Position numbers and translations under genes: made by a program. A DNA stretch of 64,000 nt, taken from positions 2,464,001 to 2,528,000 of the forward strand of contig OZ241875.1 in the NCBI GenBank assembly GCA_965203325.1, read 5' to 3'. Under the pieces are notes generated by a model. The model was not told where the DNA came from. It ran no database searches and saw only the letters and a program-made list of their open reading frames with translations. The stretch is from a bacterium (GTDB lineage: Bacteria > UBA8248). Positions 40,746-50,200 of this stretch are shown here, piece after piece; the first letter of the stretch is position 1, and each line of letters starts with the position of its first letter.

Positions 40746-41669
40746 ATGATTGATCTTGAAAAATACACTCAAGAATACTGGGGGTTGATGCGCCAACATT
40801 CCTATCGACTCACAGGTAGCATTTTGGATGCGGATGATATCGTCCAAGATGCCATGTTGCGAGCGATTGAGATGGGTCCGGCCCTCAATAATATCGAAGA
40901 TCATCCCGAGTGGTTGTATACGGCGTGTACGGAAGCGGCACTTTCTCGATTGCGAGAGAAGAAACCACTGGAGTTAAATGAGTTTGACTTCCCTGATTTG
41001 ATACAAACGGCGGGTTCAAGCGCGAACGGCGCAACCAAATCGATTGAGGCGGGTGCTGTATGGCCGAGCGTTGCGCTCGAGTTTTTGTTCCCCCTCCAAT
41101 ACATGACGCCCGAGCAGCGCGCTGTTGCCGTGCTCAGGGACGGGGTCGAGGATGGTGACCGGATTGCGGCGTCCGCAATGGGAGTAAAGATTCAGGAAAT
41201 TTTCAAAATTGCCGACAATGCGGATAACAAACGTGCGCAAATTCAAAAGCGCTGGGGAAAGAATCTTTTCTGCGCAACCACCGATGATCATGCAAAACTA
41301 GCGAGAGTATTCGAACGATTCGTAGAAGCGCTTGGCTTTCGCGACAAGGTATTGTTGCAAGGACTCATGTCACCGGGTGTAGAGCTTATCGTCCGAGACG
41401 AGAGAAGAACGGGTGACGATTTTGTTGCAATGGCCTGTGTGGAGCTTCTCGGCCAAATGGGAGAAAAACTGACATTCAGCCCTGTTTGGCTCAACGGTTG
41501 CCGAGGTGTGCTTATCTGGACTTGGCGCACCATGAGAAACGAATGGCTGCGGTGTGGCGCCATAATGGTTCTGAATGATGAATTCAATATAAAAGCAATG
41601 AAGTGGTATTTGGATGGTCATCTTCTGCGTGCCATTCAGACCGAAGTTCCTCAGACTTCTTCAAATTGA
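40746..41669 (+). CDS. ECF sigma factor-like protein with C-terminal SnoaL-like extension (ECF41/SigJ-like), divergent
   Basis: YRLTGSILDADDIVQDAML region 2; LQYMTPEQRAVAVLRD region 4; ERFVEAL...L..LMSP.V, WLNG.RG extension. Confidence 0.6.
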   Translation: MIDLEKYTQEYWGLMRQHSYRLTGSILDADDIVQDAMLRAIEMGPALNNIEDHPEWLYTACTEAALSRLREKKPLELNEFDFPDLIQTAGSSANGATKSIEAGAVWPSVALEFLFPLQYMTPEQRAVAVLRDGVEDGDRIAASAMGVKIQEIFKIADNADNKRAQIQKRWGKNLFCATTDDHAKLARVFERFVEALGFRDKVLLQGLMSPGVELIVRDERRTGDDFVAMACVELLGQMGEKLTFSPVWLNGCRGVLIWTWRTMRNEWLRCGAIMVLNDEFNIKAMKWYLDGHLLRAIQTEVPQTSSN

Positions 41670-41771
41670 GCGTCGGAACAATCGAAGATTTCGAATCCAC
41701 AGACAACAAAAATGTCTGGGCAACCGAAGATGTTCATCTTTGTTGTGTCTGCAAGAAGTATATCGCGTTTT

Positions 41772-44024
41772 CTATATTCCGCTCTGTTTTCCGATCGCTC
41801 CGCGTATGTGATGCGGCCCAACCGGCATCTCGAAAAATCGGGCGCCCACCGCATCGGCGATGGCGTTCATGATAGCCGCGGGGGCGGCGAGTATGGGTGG
41901 TTCGCCGACGCCTCTCATGCCAAAAGGCGTATCATCCGGCTTGTTCTCAACCATTACGGTTTTCAGTTCGGGAACGTCCAGACTGGTGGGCAAAAGATAT
42001 TCGTGGAGGGTTCCTCCGTAGATGTTACCGGCGTCGTCTCGAGGCTGTTCTTCCATAAGCGCCAAACCGATTCCCTGAAGCATCCCGCCTTCCATTTGGC
42101 CGACGACGGAAGTCGGGTTCATGGCGAAGCCCACGTCTTGGGAACAGACCAGCCTCAAAACTTTCACCTCACCCGAATACGGGTTTACGGCCACCTCCGC
42201 GATTTGCGCCGCGTAGATGGGGCAAAAAGCCGGCGCCTGTGTTTCACCTTGGCCCATAATATAGCCTGCAATTCCTGGCGCCGCTTTTGCCACTTCACTT
42301 AATGACATGGAACGCTCGGGTGTGGATTGCGAAAAAACACGCCCTCCTTCGATTTTCAGATCGTCCGGGGCGGCTTCGAGTTTTTCGGCGGCAACAACTC
42401 GAATTTTTTCTTTCAGATCGTCTACGGCTAGGATAACGGCGGCGCCCATCGAGCGGGTCAGCATGCTGCCCGCCGCGTGGATAGACTCGGGGGCGGTATC
42501 GGTATCGCCGCTGTCAAAAGATACTTGCTCAAAGCCGATATCCATCATTTCCGCGGCAATCTGGCACATCGAGGTTGTTGCGCCCGTAAGGTTTACGGCG
42601 CCGCTGAGGAGTTGAACGCTCCCGTCCGCGTTTAGGCGCGCCGTGCACGCGGAAGCTCCGCCACTTCCGCGCCAAAAACTAACAGCAAGGCCTCGACCGA
42701 ACTTCCAGCCAGGACCTTCCAAGTCTACATCCGTTTCGATGGTCTCACCCCAGTTTCCTTCTTTGGCGGTGCTTTCCAAAACTTTGAGCATGCCGTCGTC
42801 TTCTTGTGTGCCGAATAATCCGGTGTTGCCTTTTCGAATGGCATTTTTTCGCCTGATTTCAAGGGGGTCGATGCCCAGTTCGTACGCGATGATGTCAAGA
42901 TGCACCTCTGTTGCGAAGAAGCACTGGGGCCCACATGGCCCTCTAACCGATCCGCAGATGGGCCCGTTGGTGTAGACGCTCGCCATTGTCACCGAACAAT
43001 CAGGGATGTTGTAGCAACTGGTGAACATCGGCATGCGGGAACTCGCCTGTGTCGGCGCGCCGGGACCATATGCGCCATGGTCGACGATGACATCTGATTC
43101 GCGGGCTAGAATTTTGCCGTCAGAGGTTACTCCGGTTTTTAAATGTATTCGTAACCCTTGCCTGGGACTGACGCCGTTATGATCGTCTTCCCGAGTCATT
43201 TCATGGCGCACGACGCGCCCGCTTTTGAGAGCCAGCAAGGCGATGATGTGTTCGACAAACGAATGGATCTTGCCTCCGAATCCACCGCCGATTTCTGTGG
43301 GAATGATTTTCACTTTCGTCAGCGGAATCCCCAAAGCCGCAGCGACTTGTTCGCGGATGACGAAGGGTGCTTGCGTCGCTGTCCAGATGGTGATTTTTCC
43401 GTCGGCCCCCGACTCCGCCGTGCAAGCATGAGGCTCGATATATCCAGAGTGCGCGTATGGGGTTTGGAATGTGTGCTCGAATACGTGATCTGCCTTTTCC
43501 ATAGCGGCGCCTACATCGCCTATGGCCATTTCATATCGACCGATTACGTTCCCTTCTCCATTGGGCCCGAGGCCTACTTTTTCCCAATCTGCATGGACGA
43601 GTGGACCCTTGCCGTCGCGCGCTTCTAAAAGATCCACCACAGGTTCCAGGGCTTCGTAGTTCACCTGGATGGAGTCCAGCGCCGCCTGAGCCGCATCCAT
43701 TGATTCCGCGGCAACTGCCGCAACAGGGTCTCCGATGTATCGGACATAACCATCGCGAGCCAGCCAGCACATGTCTTTGATCTCAAGACCGAAACGGTGC
43801 GGGGGGCAATCATTGCCCGTCAATACGCTTCGTACACCCGGTATTTTTGTTGCTTCTTCCGTGCTTATAGAAACGATACGAGCATATGGGAGTGGACTTC
43901 TGAGGATGAAACCAACAAGGGGCTGCGCAGCAGGAACGTCTGCTGCGAATTTAGCCGTGCCAACTGCTTTATCCGGCAGATCGTATCTGGGTATATTTTT
44001 CCCAGCTACTTTGAATTCATTCAT
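41772..44024 (-). CDS. Xanthine dehydrogenase-family molybdopterin-binding (large) subunit
   Basis: LRSPLPYARI, VRYIGDPVAAV, IEPH, TQAP, GGGFGGK, VRGPCGPQ, DVG.A.NP..V.GQ.EGG, GVGEPP. Confidence 0.93.
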   Translation of the reverse strand: MNEFKVAGKNIPRYDLPDKAVGTAKFAADVPAAQPLVGFILRSPLPYARIVSISTEEATKIPGVRSVLTGNDCPPHRFGLEIKDMCWLARDGYVRYIGDPVAAVAAESMDAAQAALDSIQVNYEALEPVVDLLEARDGKGPLVHADWEKVGLGPNGEGNVIGRYEMAIGDVGAAMEKADHVFEHTFQTPYAHSGYIEPHACTAESGADGKITIWTATQAPFVIREQVAAALGIPLTKVKIIPTEIGGGFGGKIHSFVEHIIALLALKSGRVVRHEMTREDDHNGVSPRQGLRIHLKTGVTSDGKILARESDVIVDHGAYGPGAPTQASSRMPMFTSCYNIPDCSVTMASVYTNGPICGSVRGPCGPQCFFATEVHLDIIAYELGIDPLEIRRKNAIRKGNTGLFGTQEDDGMLKVLESTAKEGNWGETIETDVDLEGPGWKFGRGLAVSFWRGSGGASACTARLNADGSVQLLSGAVNLTGATTSMCQIAAEMMDIGFEQVSFDSGDTDTAPESIHAAGSMLTRSMGAAVILAVDDLKEKIRVVAAEKLEAAPDDLKIEGGRVFSQSTPERSMSLSEVAKAAPGIAGYIMGQGETQAPAFCPIYAAQIAEVAVNPYSGEVKVLRLVCSQDVGFAMNPTSVVGQMEGGMLQGIGLALMEEQPRDDAGNIYGGTLHEYLLPTSLDVPELKTVMVENKPDDTPFGMRGVGEPPILAAPAAIMNAIADAVGARFFEMPVGPHHIRGAIGKQSGI

Positions 44025-44228
44025 AAGGTCCTCAAATATGTGGTGTATCTGAATGCATGGCCCTTGGTGCGATGTTGAACTTTATCAGTTTTCGAGCTCC
44101 TGAAGAGATGTGATGTTCTCTCGATTGCGAATGGGCTCTGAAAACTCTAGTCTATGTATATTTGTAATAGCAACAAGTTCTTCACAAATACGGCATTAAA
44201 CGATGGAGTGATGTTAAGGAGAACATTC

Positions 44229-45107
44229 ATGCCAAATCCGATACCGCTGGGTGTATTTGGATTCCCGGCAGGCCATATTTTATCACCTGTTCTGCATAAT
44301 AAAGCGGCTGAAGAGTTGGGTTTGGACTATCACTATCTTGCCTATGAAGTGCACCCGGATGATTTGGAAGAAGCTGTGCGGGGAGCCCGGACGATGGGAT
44401 TTCGTGGACTCACAATCACGATTCCGCACAAGGTGGCCGTTGTTAAATTCATGGATGAACTGAGTGAGGACGCCCGGTTGATGGGCGCTGTCAACACGAT
44501 AATTTTTGAAGAAGACGGACGCCTTATCGGCCATAATACGGATGGTATCGGTTGGCTCCGGTTTCTGGAGGAAACAACGGGAGAACATCCCAGGGAAAAG
44601 AAATGTCTTATTTTGGGGGCGGGAGGAGCCGCGAGAGCTATTGCCGTCAAAATAGCCCAGTGCGGAGCGGCTCACCTTGAAATTAGAAACCGGACATATG
44701 AAAAAGCGATGGAGTTGGCAGACTTTGTGGAGAAGAGCGTTCCTTCTTCGAAAGTGAAAGGTGGTGGCTTGGACGATCTGTATTCGGCGGCTGATGGTTG
44801 TGAGATCATCGTGAATACGACAAGCCTCGGGATGTGGGGAAACGCTGAACGTATGGCGACCCCTCCGATTCCCGAGGATGCGATACCTAACGGCTGTATC
44901 TGTTCGGATGCGGTCTATATTCCTCCTGATACGGAATTTCTGAAAGCAGCCAGACGGGCTGGCGCTCAAATTGTTCGCGGAACGGGTTGGTTGGTATATC
45001 AAGCAGCGGCTGCATGGAAAATGTGGACGGGAGTGGATATGCCTACGGATACAGTGATGGAAGTTTTACACGAAGCATTAGAATTGCGCCTCGGCGGCGA
45101 GGGTTAA
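44229..45107 (+). CDS. aroE: Shikimate dehydrogenase (AroE/YdiB family)
   Basis: LSPVLHN, TIPHK, GAVNT, GHNTDG.G, LGAGGAARA, RNRT, NTTSLGM, YQAA. Confidence 0.9.
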   Translation: MPNPIPLGVFGFPAGHILSPVLHNKAAEELGLDYHYLAYEVHPDDLEEAVRGARTMGFRGLTITIPHKVAVVKFMDELSEDARLMGAVNTIIFEEDGRLIGHNTDGIGWLRFLEETTGEHPREKKCLILGAGGAARAIAVKIAQCGAAHLEIRNRTYEKAMELADFVEKSVPSSKVKGGGLDDLYSAADGCEIIVNTTSLGMWGNAERMATPPIPEDAIPNGCICSDAVYIPPDTEFLKAARRAGAQIVRGTGWLVYQAAAAWKMWTGVDMPTDTVMEVLHEALELRLGGEG

Positions 45108-45376
45108 CTATCGAATGTTTTTCGTTTTTTTACACGCTCCTCACATGGGGTTGTCGCATCATTGCCCAGCCATAAATCCCACGCGCCGTGATGACCGATG
45201 TCCACTCCTTCTTTTTGGGCTTTTTTTTGTAGCGCGATTTGTAGCTCGTCCATAAACTCACTATCCATGAGCTCAAGATGCTCTCCGATGTGGCGATGCA
45301 GTATCCTGTAAACAAGTTTCATGTCATCTATGGATGTCTTGAATGAAAATGAATCGCCTTGTTGTGAGAAAGTCAT
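45104..45376 (-). CDS. Hypothetical protein (about 90 aa)
   Basis: Protein-like ORF (HLELMDSEF..ELQ..LQ..A..EGVDIGHHGAWDLWLG) co-oriented downstream of mreB. Confidence 0.6.
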   Translation of the reverse strand: MTFSQQGDSFSFKTSIDDMKLVYRILHRHIGEHLELMDSEFMDELQIALQKKAQKEGVDIGHHGAWDLWLGNDATTPCEERVKKRKTFDS

Positions 45377-45489
45377 TTTACTTTCCAATTGAAAAAAGGA
45401 TTTGGAAAAACCACGGACAAATATCTTCTGATTCTACCGGATTATTTTTGACAGTGAAATCTCTGTGCAGTCATTCTATTAAGAAGGGG

Positions 45490-45527
45490 CCGGGAGCCCG
45501 GTGTTGCGCATGGGGCCGGGCTCCCGG
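45490..45527. terminator. Hairpin downstream of mreB
   Basis: CCGGGAGCCCGG...CCGGGCTCCCGG perfect 12 bp stem. Confidence 0.55.
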
Positions 45528-45550
45528 TAGGGGGGTGGTGCTCGTGAAGG

Positions 45551-46591
45551 TCAATTCAGACAGACTTGCTTGAAGTCTTTGAAATGGTCCAGAACGTGTC
45601 CAGTTCCACGGACGACGGTGGTTAGTGGGTCTTTTACTCTGTATATGGGGAGACCTGTCTCATCATGAAGCCTGGTGCCGAGTCCTTTCAGGAGTGAACC
45701 CCCACCTGCTAAAACGATTCCTCGGCGATAAATGTCTGTAGCAAGCTCAGGGCTTGTTTTGGCCAGCGCTTTTCGAATGGATTCAACGATGGCTTTCACT
45801 GGACCGTCGAGAGCCTCGCGCACCGACTCATCGGATAGCTTGATGGTGCGGGGTATGCCGGTAGAGACGTCTGAGCCTGAAATTTCCATTTCAAGCGGCT
45901 CTGGGAGCGGGGCTGCTGCTCCAATCTCCATCTTGACACGTTCAGCCTCGAATGAGCCGATCGATAAGCCGTGGCGTCTTTTGATGTGACGTTGTATGCA
46001 TTCGTCCATCGCATCTCCCGCCATGCGTAGAGATTCTGAATATGCAACGGCGTATTGGGAGATGACGGCCATTTCGGTTGTTCCTCCCCCGATATCAACA
46101 ATCATAGAGCCGGCGATTTCATGAATCGGCAGTTTGCTTCCAATGGCCGCCGCCATGGGTTCTTCTATTAGATGGACTTTGCCGGCCCCACATTGAGTGG
46201 CGGAATCAATCACGGCTTTCATTTCCACACTGGTGATCCCTGAGGGAACGCAGACCATCATCGTAGGTCGGCTGAAAGACCGTTTGGGTACAATTGCTCT
46301 AACAAAATGGCGTATCATGGCTTTGGTTACGTCAAAATCGGCGATTACCCCATCTTTCATGGGGCGAATTGTCCGAATGGAATCTGGAGGAGTACGGCCG
46401 TACATTTCCTTGGCTTTTTTGCCTACTGCGAGAACGGCTCCTCCATTTTTCGAGTTCAAGGCGACAACAGAGGGTTCATCAAGAACAATTCCAGCATTTT
46501 TCGTGTAAACCAAGGTGTTCGCTGTCCCTAAATCCATTGCGATATTGGGCCCCATCCAAGCTCTAAGGCGCTTCAAAAAATGCAATTTCAT
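45551..46591 (-). CDS. mreB: Rod shape-determining actin homolog MreB/Mbl (no mreC/mreD adjacent)
   Basis: MDLGTANTL, EPSVVA, RPMKDGVIADF, EEPMAAAIG, VDIGGGTTE, GGGSLL; ATGA overlap with the upstream gene. Confidence 0.95.
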   Translation of the reverse strand: MKLHFLKRLRAWMGPNIAMDLGTANTLVYTKNAGIVLDEPSVVALNSKNGGAVLAVGKKAKEMYGRTPPDSIRTIRPMKDGVIADFDVTKAMIRHFVRAIVPKRSFSRPTMMVCVPSGITSVEMKAVIDSATQCGAGKVHLIEEPMAAAIGSKLPIHEIAGSMIVDIGGGTTEMAVISQYAVAYSESLRMAGDAMDECIQRHIKRRHGLSIGSFEAERVKMEIGAAAPLPEPLEMEISGSDVSTGIPRTIKLSDESVREALDGPVKAIVESIRKALAKTSPELATDIYRRGIVLAGGGSLLKGLGTRLHDETGLPIYRVKDPLTTVVRGTGHVLDHFKDFKQVCLN

Positions 46592-48042
46592 GATCCATCT
46601 CCCCCCATAAAACAAAGTTGATTCCCCACGCCCTCTTTTTGAGCGAAACCTAATGCTGCAAGAGATGACTTGATCAGGCTTTTTGAATTTTGAGCGGTTT
46701 CAGGGAAACATGCGGCGCCTATTGAAATTGTGATTTCGGACCCTCTTCCGTCGAGGTAGAAGGGAGTGTGATTGACGACATGCAGGATTCGCTCTGCTAC
46801 AGCCTCGGCATATTCTTGAGAGGAGTCTTGCAGTAACAAGAGAAAACGTGGCCCCTCATGCCGCACCAGAATATCGTTTCCGGCAGCGAATGGTTTAAGC
46901 GAATTTGAGAGATGAAGAATGACTTCTTCCTCGATCGTATCATCAAACTCTGATGAAGCGTCAGGAGCGATGCTGAGCAACGCGAGTTGACGCCCCTTTG
47001 CTTCCGCTTCGCAGATCATTTTATGAAGACGAGAATGTAGATATTCGATATTCTGCTCGCCGGTAAGGGGATCGATTTCTAATCGTGCTTGCCAGCGTGA
47101 CTCGTTTTTCCGATTTGCGATGGCATCCGCCACAAGCGCCGCAATAATTTCTCCGCGCTGGACGGAAGAAGCGTCAAATTGAGCTCGACGTTTGCTTGCG
47201 AACCCCAGGCAACCAAGAATTTCGCCTCTTGAGATAATAGGAAGACATGCGGCGGAACGCGCTTCAAGGCGGGGCTCATCATGATGAAAGAGAGGCCTGG
47301 TTCCTTTTTTCCCCCTCAGGTCGGGGAGTCTTAAGCTTTCTTTTTTGCTTAATACGTAGCCTGCCAGACTTGCATGTTCGCTGATTGTGACTTCACCCAG
47401 GAAAAGTTCCCCAAAACCAGAGGTTCGAACGAGGCGGGGAGAGCCTGCTTCCTCGTCGATGAGGACGAGGAAGCAGGCATCGAAGGGAAGCAACTCGCGC
47501 GGCACCTGGCATATCGCATTCAACAATTGACCTTCATTCTCGCTTGAGCGAAGCGAAGTCAGGTATCTGCTGAAGGCGGGAACGTTCATGGAGCGACGCT
47601 CCACTTGAACGGTCGTCAGGGCACCGTCTGCAAGATAGGCGAATTGCTGGGCGAACCCCGCGAGTATTTTTTGGTCTCTGGACGTGAAACACCAGCTTTT
47701 CTTGCTGTCGATGGCGAGCGCCCCTTTATTGATGGAAGAAGGCAGGGGAGTCGCCATGAAGGACTTGATGTCCTCGTTCCTGCTGTAATAGCCGAGAACC
47801 AGGGTGTCTTTGTCGAATTGATTGACGCTTAACGGCTCGTTATTCTCCAGGACCCAGCCCATGAAGCCCTGGCCCACATCGACCGAGGCATCCGCGAGAA
47901 TGTAGGGGCTCAGGCTGTGGTATGTGGTGAGCTGAAAAGTCTTACGCCTTTTGTTTTCAAGGAATAAGCAGGCGGAGTAAGCCTCCGTGACGTTGCTGAC
48001 GAGCGTGATGAGGGAGAAAAGATCTCTTTCCAGGTTCGTCAT
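46588..48042 (-). CDS. GAF-GAF-GGDEF(degenerate) sensor protein
   Basis: Two GAF-like repeats (GQGFMGWVLENNEPL; LAGYVLSKKESL); DPLTG..N, TISIGAACFP; active-site loop reads RHEGPRF instead of RxGGDEF. Confidence 0.8.
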   Translation of the reverse strand: MTNLERDLFSLITLVSNVTEAYSACLFLENKRRKTFQLTTYHSLSPYILADASVDVGQGFMGWVLENNEPLSVNQFDKDTLVLGYYSRNEDIKSFMATPLPSSINKGALAIDSKKSWCFTSRDQKILAGFAQQFAYLADGALTTVQVERRSMNVPAFSRYLTSLRSSENEGQLLNAICQVPRELLPFDACFLVLIDEEAGSPRLVRTSGFGELFLGEVTISEHASLAGYVLSKKESLRLPDLRGKKGTRPLFHHDEPRLEARSAACLPIISRGEILGCLGFASKRRAQFDASSVQRGEIIAALVADAIANRKNESRWQARLEIDPLTGEQNIEYLHSRLHKMICEAEAKGRQLALLSIAPDASSEFDDTIEEEVILHLSNSLKPFAAGNDILVRHEGPRFLLLLQDSSQEYAEAVAERILHVVNHTPFYLDGRGSEITISIGAACFPETAQNSKSLIKSSLAALGFAQKEGVGNQLCFMGGDGS

Positions 48043-48216
48043 TGCCAGCATCCAACGGGACGGATTGGAATATTGGAAAATATAACAAGGGTCCCAAATT
48101 TGTTTCAAGTAATTTTTTCATTAACGAATGTATCATATTGTATTTATTTGTTTTATGAGAATTAAAAAATTAAGGCGCTGAAAATGTCCTTAAAGCGATT
48201 CCTGTAATAGTTTTTA

Positions 48217-48229
48217 TAACTTATTGATA
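48217..48229. promoter_or_regulatory. IHF-like site in an AT-rich promoter region
   Basis: TAACTTATTGATA matches YAANNNNTTGATW within the very AT-rich 48100-48260 stretch upstream of the GAF-mreB operon. Confidence 0.35.
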
Positions 48230-48394
48230 TTTAACGTGTTATTTGTATAAAATTAACTTTCAGGGCGATTCTGGCGTCTTCGCGGCAAGAACGGCCCATA
48301 TATAGTGTGAGATATCTATTCAAGGGACTGTATATTGTGGAATACGCGGACGCCCGGGATGAACGCCCGGGCGCGCCGGCGTGGAGCCCGGCCG

Positions 48395-49399
48395 TCAGCT
48401 TTCTGTCGGACCCCGGTCGAGAAAACGTCTCGCCGCCAGGTCGAGCGCGTCGATCGCTTCGCGGGCGATCCGCCCGACCAGTTCGCCCGCGCCGGGACGA
48501 TCGGCGATCAGGTCCAGCCCCTCGCCGGCGAAGGTGACCGCCGTATCCGTATCCCCCTCGCGCAGGGCCGCGAAGAAGCGCTCGCGCATCGAGGGGTTCT
48601 GGTCGCGCAACTCCTCGTCGCGGTCATGCCAGGTTTCGGCGAATGCGTTGCGGATGGCCCGCCCGGTGTAAGGCTCCGGCCAGGCGATGCCCCGGGCGGT
48701 GTCGAAGACTTTGGTGCGCAGCGTGTGGTCGCCGCCGGTTCGCTCGAGCAGCGCTTTCTGGTTCGGGTGGCCCAGCGCCTCCTCGGCGGCGAAGAAGCGG
48801 GTGCCGATCAGGGCGGCTTCGGCGCCCAGCATCAGGGCGGCGGCCAGGCCGCGCCCGTCGCTGATGCCGCCCGCGGCGGCGACCGGAACCGGCGCCACCG
48901 CATCGACGACCGCCGGAACGAGCGGCAGCGTGGAGCGCGCCGCCCCGTGGCCCCCGGCTTCCGTGCCCTGGGCGATGATAATCTGGGCGCCCTTCGCCGC
49001 CGCCACCCGGGCGTCTTTCAAGGTCTGTACCTGGCAGATCAGCGCCGCGCCGGCTTCGCGTATCTTCCCGGCGTAGGGTTCGATATCGCCGAAGGAGAGC
49101 ATGACGGCCCTGGGTTTGCATTCAAGCGCCGCGTCGAGCGCGCCGGGCCGCTCGGCCAGCGCCCAGGTGATGAAGCCGATTCCGACCGGGTGATCGCCCG
49201 CCTCCTCGAACTCCCCGCGAATCCACTCGTTCGAGCCGTAGCCGAACGAAGGGTCGGCGTAGCCCGCGCCGATGAGGCCCAACCCGCCTGCGGCGGAGAC
49301 CTCGCGGGCCAGCGCGCCGCCCGCGACGCCGCCCATCGGGGCGAGCAGGACGGGATGTTCGATGTCCAGCAGCCGGGTGATCGCGGTGGAGAGTTTCAT
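48395..49399 (-). CDS. Nitronate monooxygenase / 2-nitropropane dioxygenase-like flavoprotein
   Basis: HPVLLAPMGGVAGG, AQGTEAGGHG, AAGGISDGRGLAAALMLGA, GTRF. Confidence 0.92.
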   Translation of the reverse strand: MKLSTAITRLLDIEHPVLLAPMGGVAGGALAREVSAAGGLGLIGAGYADPSFGYGSNEWIRGEFEEAGDHPVGIGFITWALAERPGALDAALECKPRAVMLSFGDIEPYAGKIREAGAALICQVQTLKDARVAAAKGAQIIIAQGTEAGGHGAARSTLPLVPAVVDAVAPVPVAAAGGISDGRGLAAALMLGAEAALIGTRFFAAEEALGHPNQKALLERTGGDHTLRTKVFDTARGIAWPEPYTGRAIRNAFAETWHDRDEELRDQNPSMRERFFAALREGDTDTAVTFAGEGLDLIADRPGAGELVGRIAREAIDALDLAARRFLDRGPTES

Positions 49400-49565
49400 G
49401 GGCGATAACATAGCGGCCCCGCCGGGGGTTGTAAACGAGGCGCCTGACCTTGAGAGATGTTCCGTTCGGGACGTTCACAGGGGAGCCTTGTTTTCACTCT
49501 CCCTTGGGGGGGTTGTTGAAAAAGCCTTTGTCAAAGGAGCAACCCCCTTGACGGGGGACAAAGGC

Positions 49566-49675
49566 AACCCCCCCTACCCCCCCTTGTCAGGGGGCAAGAA
49601 AAAGCAAAAACCCCTCTACCGGCGGCGGGGCGTCGCCTTTTTATACCCCCCTGTCAAGGGGGGGTAGGGGGGGTT
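49566..49675. repeat. Inverted-repeat element (same family as 31294-31434)
   Basis: AACCCCCCCTACCCCCCCTTGTCAGGGG ... CCCCCTGTCAAGGGGGGGTAGGGGGGGTT. Confidence 0.75.
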
Positions 49676-49900
49676 GGTTTTCAGCCGGGAGCGGGTGAGC
49701 CGCGGCCGCCCCCGCATTTCCCCGCATTTGGCGTTACCGGGCTTGCGCCCGCACGGGGCAGAATCGGGCGCGCGAACGGGAGGAGTTCCGGTGGACCTGG
49801 AAAAAGCGGAAAGAGCGAAGCGAACGGACTCGGCGGCCCGGGTTCGGCCGGCGAACGGACCCGGCGTTTTCCGCGCAATGGGAATTCCTGAAAAATACGA

Positions 49901-49925
49901 TAAATTCACGGGGTTTTTCGATAAA
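49901..49925 (+). repeat. 25 bp exact direct repeat, copy 2
   Basis: TAAATTCACGGGGTTTTTCGATAAA; flanked by AATTCCTGAAAAATA at 49883-49897 and 49924-49938. Confidence 0.85.
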
Positions 49926-50200
49926 TTCCTGAAAAATAACGTCCAGATAAATGACTGTAATCAAAAGGGTTATCATTCAAATCTTAGCGCAGCGCACTTA
50001 GATCCAGCGAGAAAAAAAGTTTTTCGGGCGCCCGCGCATTTGCCCGCAACTGCCCGCATCTGCGCGCCGAACGAGCCGGTCGGCTTCACCGGCATACCGG
50101 AGACCGCGAGGCGCCGGAGTCACCGTGCGCAAGCTTTTGCCGGTCGGACCATGATAGAGTCGACACGGATTCAAGCGGCATCGAGACCCTGGGAGGAAGA

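Noticed and set aside
41772..44024. Aerobic CO dehydrogenase CoxL
   Set aside because: Lacks the AYxCSFR (form I) and AYxGAGR (form II) loops, and coxS/coxM are not adjacent.
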